Part shown: piece by piece, positions 1 through 10,252 of the stretch
How the letters are laid out: every line of letters starts with the position of its first letter
Numbering within the stretch: position 1 is the stretch's first letter
Source: an uncultured delta proteobacterium
Lineage (GTDB): Bacteria; Desulfobacterota; Binatia; UBA9968
Reading direction: 5' to 3'
NCBI GenBank assembly: GCA_963727625.1
Contig: CAVSHR010000008.1
Span: 256,001-320,000 of the forward strand
Length of the DNA: 64,000 nucleotides
The notes under the pieces: model-generated
What the model was told of the DNA's origin: nothing
The model's input: only the letters and a program-made list of their open reading frames with translations
Databases searched by the model: none
Position numbers and translations under genes: made by a program

Positions 1-848
1 TGTTGACGGTTTGGCTCAAGAGCGGCAAACGCGCCGTGGAATTGGAAGCAGGGCACAAGATTGAAATCTTTTACCTTGGTTTGGCGACTGTTTATTCGTT
101 CATGATTCCAATCAAAGGCCGGCTCGATTTGGTCGACGCGGCTGTGCTGATCGTAATTTTTATTTTCTATATGCGCGCCGCCTCGAAGGCGGCGCATGTC
201 GAGTCGGAGCTCGAAGGACCGGCGCAAATGATCGAAAGCTGGGGCAACGGCTTGCGCCGTTTGGCCACGGTAGTGTTTTTTCTATTATCCGCTTTTACCA
301 TCTTCATCGCCGCCGAGCCATTTGCCGAGGGGCTGTTGGCCAGCGGGCGCGACTTTGGCATCGAAGAATTCATCCTAGTTCAATGGCTGGCGCCGTTAGC
401 GTCGGAATCGCCGGAATTCATTGTTGCAATACTCTTTGCATTGAAAGGCCAGCCCGGGATCAGCATGGGCGCGTTGTTGTCGTCCAAGGTCAATCAATGG
501 ACGTTGTTGGTCGGCATGCTGCCGGTGGTTTATGCCGTGTCCGCGGGCAATCCGACCGGCATGCCTATGGATAGCCGGCAGGTGGAAGAAATGTTTTTGA
601 CCTCGGCGCAATCGCTTTTCGCCGTAGCGATCTTGGCCAACCTATCCTTTTCACTCTTGGAAGCCCTCGTGATTTTCTTGCTATTCTCCACCCAATTGCT
701 TTTTCCCGATCCGGAATTTCGTCTTTACTATTCGATGTTCTATGTCGTTTTGGCGGTAGCGTTGATCGTTCTCAAAAAAGATGTCAGGAGCGGGGTCTGC
801 GGCCTTTTTTCGCGGCCATCGGTGTCGCCGGCCATCGAGAAGCATTGA
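1..848 (+). CDS. Ca2+/cation (CaCA, sodium:calcium antiporter-like) membrane transporter, 5' part outside the window
   Basis: Multi-TM ORF open from the window start. It has the alpha-repeat-like motifs LAPLASESPEF and GALLSSKVNQWTLL. Confidence 0.75.
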   Translation, partial: LTVWLKSGKRAVELEAGHKIEIFYLGLATVYSFMIPIKGRLDLVDAAVLIVIFIFYMRAASKAAHVESELEGPAQMIESWGNGLRRLATVVFFLLSAFTIFIAAEPFAEGLLASGRDFGIEEFILVQWLAPLASESPEFIVAILFALKGQPGISMGALLSSKVNQWTLLVGMLPVVYAVSAGNPTGMPMDSRQVEEMFLTSAQSLFAVAILANLSFSLLEALVIFLLFSTQLLFPDPEFRLYYSMFYVVLAVALIVLKKDVRSGVCGLFSRPSVSPAIEKH

Positions 849-931
849 CCCATTCGCTGCAGCGGTTTCCGCGTAAGCTTTTACGCGGGGCGGTGTCGCG
901 GTCTCCGTCGAAGAAGTTCTAATCTCTGGGG

Positions 932-1249
932 ATGGCAAAGAAAGTAAACCACATAGCCAAACGGCTCAGCTGGGGCGGGTTTTTCCGGCTGCTGATTCAT
1001 CTGCCGAGTTTTTTAAAACTATTTTTTCGCCTAGCGGTGGATGCGCGGGTTTCACTCGCGCCAAAAGTGCTACTTATCGGCATGCTTACCTACGTCATTT
1101 TGCCGGCGGATCTGTTACCCGATTTTTTGCTTGGTGTCGGTCAGTTGGATGACCTCGCGGTTATCCTCGCGGGCGCAAAAATCTTCTTGCACCTCTGTCC
1201 GGCTGAAGTCGTGCAGGAACATGTCGAAGCTATCGCGACCGGGATTTAA
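932..1249 (+). CDS. YkvA/DUF1232 family membrane protein
   Basis: Signature YVILPADLLPDFLLGVGQLDDLAV. Confidence 0.85.
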   Translation: MAKKVNHIAKRLSWGGFFRLLIHLPSFLKLFFRLAVDARVSLAPKVLLIGMLTYVILPADLLPDFLLGVGQLDDLAVILAGAKIFLHLCPAEVVQEHVEAIATGI

Positions 1250-1361
1250 AAACCCGGTGCCGCGATCAGACCCCGCGTGATTTAGCATCCTCTAGCGGGA
1301 GAATCAATCTGCCGACGCGTGAGGAGACCGCGTCGGATTAGGATGTTACGATCGGTTCGAA

Positions 1362-1571
1362 CTAGTGCTTGGCGGCGGCCTTTTCTTCCTTGATGTTTTC
1401 GTGGATCAGGCGCGGTACTCCGCCGCAATTAAAACAGCGCGGCGGTTGGTATTGGGTCTCGCCTTCCGGATAGCGCATGAAGCGCCTGTAGAAAGGTTTC
1501 TCGGTACCGACGAAGTCGTCGTAATAGAAGGCTAGTTTGCCGCACTCGCTGCAATGGAGATATTTCGCCAT
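1362..1571 (-). CDS. Small hypothetical protein with two CxxC pairs (possible zinc ribbon)
   Basis: CSEC...CFNC motifs and RBS AAGGGG upstream of the ATG. It converges with DUF1232 on a hairpin at ~1311-1336. Confidence 0.65.
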   Translation of the reverse strand: MAKYLHCSECGKLAFYYDDFVGTEKPFYRRFMRYPEGETQYQPPRCFNCGGVPRLIHENIKEEKAAAKH

Positions 1572-1844
1572 GGTTTTCCCCTTAGAAACATTCGCGCTCT
1601 TTTATTAACGGCGGAATCTTTGTGAAGTGCGGCGCGACGGCCGCCTCAGCTAAAACAGTCCGATTCTTGCTCAAGCGCGTGAGAGAAAGCATACTTGCGA
1701 AGCCCGGCGAGGTCAATAACGCCCTTCCCGATCGGGGTTGAGAATTTGGCGATTTTGTTGCATGGGTAACAGACAACAGTGATGGCGGGTTTGTACCTGC
1801 CGGGCGGCGTGGGCGGCGTTAATCTGTTTAGGGAGGACAAATCG

Positions 1845-2444
1845 ATGGCGATAAAATTATTTCAATCCCAAACCTCGATGTTCTGCGAGAAGGTAAGGAT
1901 CGTCTTTGCGATGAAGAACGTCCCCTACGAGATCGTGGACGTTCGCAAAGACGACCGTAAGTCACTGCTCGAATACACCAACCAGCGAAAAGTGCCGACG
2001 CTCAACTACAACGGCGAGTGCGTGATCGATTCCACGATTATCTCCGCCCGTCTCGAGAAAGATTGCCCGGCGAACGGCATCTATCCGGACGGCGCCGCTA
2101 ACAAGGGACTTTGCCTGGCCCTGGAAGATTGGTCCGACGAAGTGCTGATTCATGCCAACCATGCGATGCGGCGCGCCGACACCCCGGAAGCGCGCAAAAA
2201 AGCAGAGGAGCAGTGGGACGGGCATTTCAATATATTGGACCAAATCTATTCCGGGAAGAAATTCATCTTCGATCGCATGACCATCGCCGACATGGCGATT
2301 TTTTCCCAGCTTCACTACCTTTACACAACGGTGAAGTACGAGATCCCGGCCAAGTATAAAAACGTCAACGCTTTCATGGAGAACATGCGCCAGACCTTGA
2401 AGCTCAATTCGCTGGCCGATAGTTTCGACGCGCGGTCGCTTTAG
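1845..2444 (+). CDS. Glutathione S-transferase family protein
   Basis: SMFCEKVRI, KVPTL, IDSTII and TIADMAIF motifs. RBS GGAGG precedes ATG 1845. Confidence 0.85.
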   Translation: MAIKLFQSQTSMFCEKVRIVFAMKNVPYEIVDVRKDDRKSLLEYTNQRKVPTLNYNGECVIDSTIISARLEKDCPANGIYPDGAANKGLCLALEDWSDEVLIHANHAMRRADTPEARKKAEEQWDGHFNILDQIYSGKKFIFDRMTIADMAIFSQLHYLYTTVKYEIPAKYKNVNAFMENMRQTLKLNSLADSFDARSL

Positions 2445-2455
2445 GCCTGACTGCC

Positions 2456-2704
2456 ATGGCTAAAGACGTGGTCGTTCCTCGCTTGGGGTCGAGCGATGAA
2501 AGCGATGAGGTGCGAATCCTTCGCTGGCTCAAGGAGCGGGGCGCGAAGGTGCAGAAGGGTGACGCGCTTCTGGAGGTGGAAACCGACAAAGTCAACGTCG
2601 AGATCGAAGCGCCCGAGGACGGAGAATTGAGCGAAATCAACGCGCGAGAAGGTGACTTCGTAAAGTTTGGCGCGGTGGTCGCCGTCATCGACAAATCCGA
2701 TTGA
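2456..2704 (+). CDS. Stand-alone lipoyl/biotinyl attachment domain protein
   Basis: LLEVETDKVNVEIEAPEDG lipoylation motif. It is 82 aa with no catalytic domain. Confidence 0.85.
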   Translation: MAKDVVVPRLGSSDESDEVRILRWLKERGAKVQKGDALLEVETDKVNVEIEAPEDGELSEINAREGDFVKFGAVVAVIDKSD

Positions 2705-2937
2705 CTCCATTCAATCTGTATTTCCGCTAGCGCTGGCGTTGTCGTGGAACGGGCCGGCGCAAGAGCAGTCAGGGTGTGCACGCATTCCTTGGCTGACACG
2801 ATGTTCAAAATCTCCATTTTAATCCCCACTTCGAAGCCATCGACATGTCGGCGCGTCGAATTGATGTGCGCCGGCGACAGTTGTCCGTGGCCGGTTCGGC
2901 GGCAAGCTCGATCCGGCGAGCTGGCCCATGAAGGCTA

Positions 2938-4719
2938 ATGGAAGAACGTTTTTCGGTTCTTTTGTCGCGGGTCGGTTGGGTCGGCTGCCTTTTAGGCGTC
3001 ACCGCGACGAATTATTTCGTCCTTGGGCTGGCCGGTTTCGTCCATAACCCCTTGCTGAATTTTAGCGTTGTCGCCGCCCTAACCTTTGCGGCGCTATTTT
3101 TTCTCGGCATTTTTTTCGCCATTCCGCGCCATACCAACAGGGTTGGCCGAGGTATTTGGTCGGCCATACTGGTTTTCTTCCTAGTCGAAATTATTCTCGG
3201 CCTTTTGCCGCCCGCCGCCCGTGACGAGCTCACTCATCACTTGGCAATACCGCGCCTCTATGCCAAGGCGGGACGGATCATCGAGGTGCCGATAGCACCC
3301 TACAGCTACTACCCGATGCTGCTCGATATGCTCTATACGCCGTGGATCTATTGGGGCTACGATTTCGTCCCGAAGTTGATCCACGCGTTGTTCGCTTATC
3401 TCACGGGTCTTCTGATCTATGCTTACCTGGGCCGGCGCATGAACGCGATTTATGGTTTGCTTGGGTTTTTTCTGTTCATTTCTACGCCGGTGATCGCGCG
3501 CTTGAGCCATTGGGGATACATCGATCTAGGTCTCACTTTTTATACGACCGCGTCGTTGTTGGCTTTACTACGCTGGCGAGAAGCGCGCGAATCGCTTGTC
3601 TGGCTCGCGCTCGCCGCGCTGTCCCTGGGCTTTGCCCTCGCCACTAAACCGAACGGTTTGTTGGCGGCCCTGCTGATTGCATTCCTATTCTTGCTCGTGA
3701 TCGTTAAGCCGCCGCGCAAAAGCGTCGCAATCATCGCTCGGGAGTTGGCCCTGTTTGGTACCGCGGCAGCCTTACCTTTTTTGCCCTGGCTAGCGAAAAA
3801 TTGGTTTCAGACCGGCAACCCATTCTACCCCTTGCTCGGCAATCTATTTTCATCACACGCCGGCAATACGGCCGCATCGGTTGGATTTTCGGGACTGGGC
3901 ATATTTGACAAGCGCGAATTGCTGTACGGCGAGGGCTTCTGGCAGCTCCTCGGGCTGCCTTTGCGAGTTTTCATTTTCGGTCAAGACGACAATCCACAAT
4001 TTTTCGACGGCGTGCTGACGCCCGTCCTGATAATTTTTCTGCCATGGGCTTTCAAGGGAAAATGGTCTGAAGAAAAAAAATTGCTCGGCGGGTTTGTCTT
4101 GTTATTCTTGTTCTATGCTCTGGTTCTCGTCGACTTGCGCATCCGTTATATTCTCTCGATCGTTCCGCCGTTGGTCATTTTGGCGGTTTACGGCGTACAC
4201 AACGTCTACCTCGGGATCAAGCGGCCGGTGTTTTTGTTTGCGGTGATGATCGTCTTTGCCCTGTGGCACGGCGTTTATCTGTGGCGTTATTTCCGCGAGG
4301 CGGAACCGATCGCTTACCTGAGCGGCAATGAAAGCCGGGACGCTTATCTCACCCAGATGCTGCCGGAGTATGCGACCTTTCGATATATCAATCAAAACAC
4401 CGCGCCGGCGGCGAAAATTTACCTTCTCTTTATCGGCCGGAGAGCGTATTATTGCGAGCGGGAATATTTTCATGACGGCGGCGACTTGCCGGGGTATCTG
4501 CTGGCGGTGATCCGCGCTGCGAAAAACCCTGAGCAGATCGACCAAGCCCTAAAGCGACAAGGAATCACCCATCTCATCGTTCGCGAGGATCTTTTGAGCA
4601 AGTTTTTGACCCAGAACCTGACGCCGGATCAAGCGGTCGTTTGGAATCAGTTCGCCCAAAGCCGGCTCACATTAAACTTCCGTGACCGCGGCCATGCGGT
4701 CTATCAGCTCCATGGCTAG
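2938..4719 (+). CDS. GT-C (PMT/ArnT-like) lipid-carrier-dependent glycosyltransferase
   Basis: Many TM helices, with RDELTHHLAIP, YIDLG, ALATKPNG and KNWFQTGNPFYP motifs. Confidence 0.75.
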   Translation: MEERFSVLLSRVGWVGCLLGVTATNYFVLGLAGFVHNPLLNFSVVAALTFAALFFLGIFFAIPRHTNRVGRGIWSAILVFFLVEIILGLLPPAARDELTHHLAIPRLYAKAGRIIEVPIAPYSYYPMLLDMLYTPWIYWGYDFVPKLIHALFAYLTGLLIYAYLGRRMNAIYGLLGFFLFISTPVIARLSHWGYIDLGLTFYTTASLLALLRWREARESLVWLALAALSLGFALATKPNGLLAALLIAFLFLLVIVKPPRKSVAIIARELALFGTAAALPFLPWLAKNWFQTGNPFYPLLGNLFSSHAGNTAASVGFSGLGIFDKRELLYGEGFWQLLGLPLRVFIFGQDDNPQFFDGVLTPVLIIFLPWAFKGKWSEEKKLLGGFVLLFLFYALVLVDLRIRYILSIVPPLVILAVYGVHNVYLGIKRPVFLFAVMIVFALWHGVYLWRYFREAEPIAYLSGNESRDAYLTQMLPEYATFRYINQNTAPAAKIYLLFIGRRAYYCEREYFHDGGDLPGYLLAVIRAAKNPEQIDQALKRQGITHLIVREDLLSKFLTQNLTPDQAVVWNQFAQSRLTLNFRDRGHAVYQLHG

Positions 4720-5599
4720 CGGCTGCGAGATTTCCATAGTCATCCCGGTTTTCAACGAGGCGCCGAGCTTGGCCAAATTGCTCGGTGAGATTCAAGATCT
4801 CGGCCTCGCTCGGACGGAGATCCTCGTCGTCGATGACGGCTCCAGCGACGGCAGTCCTGAAGTGGCGTTGCAAAGCGGCGCCAACGTGATCCGCCATCCG
4901 TACAACATCGGCAACGGCGCCGCGGTGAAGAGCGGCATCCGGGCGGCGCGCGGCAGGCTCATCCTCTTGATGGACGGGGACGGCCAGCACAAGCCCGAAG
5001 ACATTCCGAAATTGCTCGCCAAAGCATCCGATTTTCATATGGTCGTGGGCGCCCGCGCCAAGGGATCAAAGCTGCGGCTGCACCGTAACGCGGCCAACGC
5101 CATCTATAATCTCCTCGCTTCCTACGTGACGAAGTTTAAAGTGCAGGACCTCACTTCCGGCTTTCGCGTTCTCACGCGGCGCGACGCATTGCGCTTTATT
5201 GACTTGCTGCCCAATACTTTTTCCTACCCGACGACGTTGACGCTGGCGTTTTTGCGCTCTGGGTTGACGGTCAAGTATGTGCCGATTCAAACGCTTTATC
5301 GCGCCGGTCAAAGCAAAATCAGTCTGATCACCGATGGCGTTCGGTTTTTCCTGATTATCTCAAAAATCGCCACCTTGTTTTCACCGTTCCGCGTGTTCTT
5401 GCCGGTAAGCATTCTTTTTTTTCTCGCCGGCATGTCTAACTACGCCTACACCTATTACACCGAATACCGCTTCACCAACATGTCCGCGCTTATGTTTACC
5501 GCTGCCGTGATTGTCTTTATGCTTGGATTGATTTCCGAACAGATCGCCCTGCTGCGGATGGAGCGGCAACAGAGCGGACGGCGGGAAGATGATAGGTAG
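4712..5599 (+). CDS. GT2 polyprenol-phosphate glycosyltransferase (DPM1-like) with C-terminal TM helices
   Basis: SIVIPVFNE, VVDDGSSD, MDGDGQH and DLTSGFR motifs. It overlaps the end of the upstream GT-C gene. Confidence 0.85.
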   Translation: MASGCEISIVIPVFNEAPSLAKLLGEIQDLGLARTEILVVDDGSSDGSPEVALQSGANVIRHPYNIGNGAAVKSGIRAARGRLILLMDGDGQHKPEDIPKLLAKASDFHMVVGARAKGSKLRLHRNAANAIYNLLASYVTKFKVQDLTSGFRVLTRRDALRFIDLLPNTFSYPTTLTLAFLRSGLTVKYVPIQTLYRAGQSKISLITDGVRFFLIISKIATLFSPFRVFLPVSILFFLAGMSNYAYTYYTEYRFTNMSALMFTAAVIVFMLGLISEQIALLRMERQQSGRREDDR

Positions 5600-5626
5600 C
5601 GCCATCCAAGGCCAAAGTTTCGATCA

Positions 5627-6853
5627 TCACCGAACGGGATCGACGATTTCGTCGTAAAGAGTTCTGAATTCACTGGCGATATGTGTCCAACTATATCGCG
5701 CGCGAACTTCAGCGAAGGCGTTAACCGCGAGTCGTTGACGAAGAGACGGGTCATTGAGCAGTTGTTCCAAGGTGGTGGCCAGCGCATTTGGATTACCGGG
5801 TTCGACGAGCACTCCGGTGGCGTGATCACGCACCATTGAAGTGATGCCGCCGATCGAAGTCGCTATCACGCACGCGCGCGCTGCGAAGGCTTCCAAGGCA
5901 ACGATACCTTGACCCTCCGTTTCTCCGGACGAGCCGAGTCTGGACGGTATAGCCACCAGGTCGGCCGCCGCATAAAACTCGGGAAGTCGCTGCTGATTCA
6001 CCGTGCCGAAAAATCGGACTTTCTCACCGAACCCAAAATTTCGAGCAGTATGCTCTAGTTGCTCTCTCTGATCTCCATCGCCAACTACCCAGAGCGTGGT
6101 CCGCGCACGGGTTTTAGCAGATAAAAGGGTAAACGCCTGTAGCAAGTCGTGGCAACCTTTGTTTTCGATCAGTCTGCCGACAAACAGCACGAGGTATTCC
6201 CCTTCCGGGAGCTCGCGCCGGAGCGTGGCGGGGTCGCCGCTCGAGAAAAGAGCAATATCGACACCCATGGGAATGATACGCGCTTGCGGCAGGCGAGAGT
6301 TGCGCGCCACGGCGGAGGTGCTCGCCGTGTTCGCCGTCCATGCTGCGCTGCGGCTGAGGATCAGAAGCTTTAGACTTGTGCTCATTCGTCCGCCGAGCGC
6401 GAAGGCGTCGGTGCCGTGGACGCTGACGACCAGCGGTACACGAAAAAGAAAAGTTCCGATAAACCCGACCAGACCTTGGGGTAGAACCCAATGAGCGTGG
6501 ATCACATCGAATCGTTGCTTGGCAAGCAAACGCAGAAGCGAGTACGTCATCACCGTCAAAAGGAACGGCACTTGGAGCCAGAGGGAAGGTGAACGCTTGA
6601 GATTTGGCATCATCCCGGAGCCGTAGGCCAGCTTTTGTAGCGGAGCGGGAAAATATTGAAAGCGATGGACCGTAATCTTGCCTTCGACAACGGTTTCTCC
6701 CTTACCGTCGGCAGGAACAAGGAGATGGACATCAGCTCCTTCGTCCGCCAAATGCTCGGCCAGATAGCGCAAGAATACCGAAGCCGTGTCATCGCGACTA
6801 CGGGGATAGCTCGACGCAATGAAGAGGACTTTGACGGGTTGACGCGGATTCAT
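5627..6853 (-). CDS. GT4 family glycosyltransferase
   Basis: IHAHW, LFVGRLIENKG and EGQGIVALEA (EX7E) motifs. Confidence 0.88.
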   Translation of the reverse strand: MNPRQPVKVLFIASSYPRSRDDTASVFLRYLAEHLADEGADVHLLVPADGKGETVVEGKITVHRFQYFPAPLQKLAYGSGMMPNLKRSPSLWLQVPFLLTVMTYSLLRLLAKQRFDVIHAHWVLPQGLVGFIGTFLFRVPLVVSVHGTDAFALGGRMSTSLKLLILSRSAAWTANTASTSAVARNSRLPQARIIPMGVDIALFSSGDPATLRRELPEGEYLVLFVGRLIENKGCHDLLQAFTLLSAKTRARTTLWVVGDGDQREQLEHTARNFGFGEKVRFFGTVNQQRLPEFYAAADLVAIPSRLGSSGETEGQGIVALEAFAARACVIATSIGGITSMVRDHATGVLVEPGNPNALATTLEQLLNDPSLRQRLAVNAFAEVRARYSWTHIASEFRTLYDEIVDPVR

Positions 6854-7225
6854 CAGTGCCTTGTGGCGGTTGCACATGGTCTCAGCGTTTTAACGACTGG
6901 CGCAAGAAATGTTGCCAAACTATTGATGTTTGCAAAATTTCGTGACGAGTTGAAGCAATTGTTTCACTGCACAATCCGGCTAAAAACAAGTCACTATAAT
7001 TCACAAAGGTCAATAGTTTCGAATTACATCGGGCAAATCATATCGCCATTCTAGTTAGATAGTGGCGTACGGTTTCTTATTCGACCAATACATGGGTTGG
7101 TGCAGGGCTTTGTTATTATAGGTTTGAGAAAGCCGATCGCGCAGAACAGAATCATAACCTAGGTAAACATTTATCTTGAATAGCGCTTTCTGCGCAAGTA
7201 AAATAACCTTCTCATTTGCAAGATC

Positions 7226-8095
7226 ATGACCACGTCCACTGGCGCAAAATCGCGACCTGTTTTAGTCTATACGCCCGCTTCGCAACTAATAGACCCGGCT
7301 GGGCTCATCCAAAAAATGTTCAGAGACCTGGCGCTTTCCCGCGAACTGGCCTGGCGGCTCTTTGTCCGAAATATCAGCTCCCGCTACCGTCAAACCCTAT
7401 TAGGTTATGCGTGGGCGATTGCGACGCCGATCGCTACCACGTCGGTTTTCGTTTTTTTGCAGAAATCTGGTTACTTCACGGTGGGTGAGACCCAAGTCCC
7501 GTACGCTGTCTTTCTCCTCACAGGCTTGATTCTGTGGCAGGTGTTCGCCGACGCCGTTCATGCGCCCCTGCGGATGGTTCAGCAATCCTATTCGATTCTC
7601 ACCAAAGTAAATTTTCCGCGCGAAGCGCTGATTATTGCGGGCGTCGGCGAGGTGTTGTTTACGTTTCTGATACGTCTGGGTTTGATTCTATTTGCTCTTT
7701 TTTGGTTTGACGTTCGCATTCCGTGGACCGCGGTGTGGTTTCCGTTCGGCGCGCTGCTGTTGATCGGGCTAGGGGTCGCTCTAGGACTACTGATCACGCC
7801 GGTAGCGGCTTTGTACCACGACGTCGGCCAAGCACTGCCGTTTGCGCTCTATCTATGGATGTTTCTAACACCCGTAATTTATCCGGCTCCGGCCTCACCG
7901 CCCGGATCAATATTAGTGCGGCTCAACCCAGTGAGCCCGATTCTCGATACGACGCGAGGGTGGCTCTTATCCGGCGCGCCGCGCGATATGTCGGCGTTCT
8001 TCATTATCTCCGTTGCCACCCTGTGTACGCTTCTCGCCGGTTGGCTGTTATATCGTCTCGCATTGCCGATCCTAATCGAACGGGTCAGCGCCTAG
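7226..8095 (+). CDS. wzm: Polysaccharide ABC transporter permease (Wzm)
   Basis: RYRQTLLGYAW, KVNFPRE, FLTPVIYP and LNP motifs. It lies directly before a Wzt gene. Confidence 0.85.
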   Translation: MTTSTGAKSRPVLVYTPASQLIDPAGLIQKMFRDLALSRELAWRLFVRNISSRYRQTLLGYAWAIATPIATTSVFVFLQKSGYFTVGETQVPYAVFLLTGLILWQVFADAVHAPLRMVQQSYSILTKVNFPREALIIAGVGEVLFTFLIRLGLILFALFWFDVRIPWTAVWFPFGALLLIGLGVALGLLITPVAALYHDVGQALPFALYLWMFLTPVIYPAPASPPGSILVRLNPVSPILDTTRGWLLSGAPRDMSAFFIISVATLCTLLAGWLLYRLALPILIERVSA

Positions 8096-8097
8096 CC

Positions 8098-9361
8098 ATG
8101 GACGAAGCACCGGTCATCAAAGTTGAAGGAGTCTCAAAGAAGTTTTGCCGGCGATTACGGTATTCGCTGTGGTACGGCCTTACCGATTTAGCGGCAGAGC
8201 TGACAGCGCACAACGGTAACGCCGAGTTGAAGCTGCGCCTCGCCGAGTTTCTTGCGGTCGATAATGTGTCCTTCGACGTGCGACCGGGAGAATGCCTCGG
8301 CTTGATCGGACATAACGGCGCAGGCAAGAGCACCCTCCTCAAGATGCTCAACGGGCTTGTTCGCCCCGACAAAGGGCGGATCACGATGCATGGGCGAGTG
8401 GGCGCGTTAATCGAGCTCGGCGCGGGTTTCAGCCCCATTCTCACCGGCCGCGAGAATATCTACATCAACGGCGCGGTCCTGGGATTTTCCAAGCGGGAAA
8501 TCGACGCCAAGTTCGACGAGATCGTCGACTTCGCCGAGTTAGGCGATGAGATCGATGCGCCCGTGCAAACGTACAGTTCGGGCATGTACGTTCGACTCGG
8601 GTTTCGCCGTGGCGGCGCAACTTGATCCGGATATTCTGCTGATAGACGAGATCCTCGCGGTTGGGGATGCCTCCTTTCGACTTAAGTGTATGCATGCAAT
8701 TCGCAAGAAAGTGGATTCGGGCACCTCTATCATTCTAGTCTCACACCAGATTGGATACGTTAGAAATATTTGTACGCAAGCTATTTGGCTTGAGAGAGGC
8801 GTACTTCGCAAGACCGGCGATGCGAACGAGGTTTGTTCACTTTACGAATACGAGCTCTACCAACGAGACAACTTGGGCGCGCCATCGCGGAGGAGTGGAT
8901 TTTTGGAGGCGGGTGGGGACGCCGAGATCGTTAATGCGTGGTTCCGTCGCGAGGGAGACCGTGACGATTCGATTTTCACAAATGCTGAAGAGGTTTGTAT
9001 TATTGTGATGATCAAGTATTCGCGTTTCGTGCCGTCACTGTTTTTTACATTCGGGCTTCGCATGCCAAACGAGACACTGGTGTATGGAAATCAGCAGGAT
9101 ATTAGTAGTTGGGTTTCTGCACCAGGCTATTGGGAGATAGAGATTCGATTTCCGAAAGAATCACTTATAGACGGTCATTTCTATTTTTCTTGTGGCTTGA
9201 CGCGCGATTCCGAATGGGGACATACCATACACAACCTCCCTCGATGTCTTGAATTTTATGTGGCTTCCTCATTTCAACATGCGAATGGAATTGTGAATCT
9301 AAAACCATCGCTTTCCGTTCGTTGCCCGGAGCGCGTTCCCGATGTTCTGGCTGCGTCGTAA
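8098..9361 (+). pseudogene. wzt: Polysaccharide ABC transporter ATPase Wzt with C-terminal carbohydrate-binding domain, +1 frameshift at ~8599-8604
   Basis: Walker A GHNGAGKS and YSSGMYVRLGF are in one frame. They continue as AVAAQLDPDILLIDE (Walker B) in another frame across CTCGGGTTTCGCC. Confidence 0.8.
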
Positions 9362-10145
9362 AAACAGCTTGTGTCAGCCGTTCATTTACGTTGCAGCTAT
9401 GCCACGGTCCGGCTCAACGATGCTCGCGGGCATTCTAAGTGAGGCTCCGATTTCTCATATCTTTTCGGAACTCGGTCTAAACCGAGGGCTTACGCATGGT
9501 TTAGAGCAACTGGCCAAGTTCGATAGAAACTTCCCCTCAATGCTTTCTGCTTACGAGGGTAATCCCGACATGATGCTGCGGGTTTTTGGAGACGAAATTC
9601 TACCAAAACTCGCCGCGTCGGTTTCTCATCTTGGCGTGAAGGAATGTTTCCATGAAAATTGGGAGCTGTATCAGAAAATTCTCGGGGGGGTTCGGTTTGT
9701 GGTTTTGGCCCGTGACCCAAGAGACGTGATGCTATCAACTCTAGATTATGGCGACCAAGTTGAATGGCACAAGCGTCTTTGGGCCGATATCGGAGATGAG
9801 TTCATTGCTATCCGGCACAATGAGATTTGGGCGCTCCAACGAGCAATGCTCGAAAATTCTAACTCTATAGCCGTGCGCTACGAGGACCTCTGTCTTGATC
9901 CCGAAACGTTCGTGCGACTTTGCCAATTTTGTGAATTACCTCTGAATAAGCCTGCGTCCGCCAGCCGAGCGATCCAAGCGTATCCTTGGAGAAGTTGGGA
10001 AATTGAGAAGCACGGGTTCGATGTCGTAGGTGATCGATCTGTCTACCGTTGGAAACGTGAGTCGGATCCCGCGCGCCGGCGCCGAGCACTTCATGTTGGA
10101 GAGCTGATGCAAGAGTATTGCCGTTTTTGGGGTTATGAAAGCTAG
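9342..10145 (+). CDS. Sulfotransferase family protein
   Basis: 5'-PSB loop PRSGSTML, 3'-PB motif RDPRDVMLS, and VRYEDL. Confidence 0.85.
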   Translation: MFWLRRKNSLCQPFIYVAAMPRSGSTMLAGILSEAPISHIFSELGLNRGLTHGLEQLAKFDRNFPSMLSAYEGNPDMMLRVFGDEILPKLAASVSHLGVKECFHENWELYQKILGGVRFVVLARDPRDVMLSTLDYGDQVEWHKRLWADIGDEFIAIRHNEIWALQRAMLENSNSIAVRYEDLCLDPETFVRLCQFCELPLNKPASASRAIQAYPWRSWEIEKHGFDVVGDRSVYRWKRESDPARRRRALHVGELMQEYCRFWGYES

Positions 10146-10252
10146 TCATGGACGACAAAATGGAATATCGAGCCCCAGATGCGTAGACCGAGGCAAAATT
10201 TGCGAGCCGGGATAAATAAGCCAGCTCTCCGAAGGATACGCCTTTGGACACC

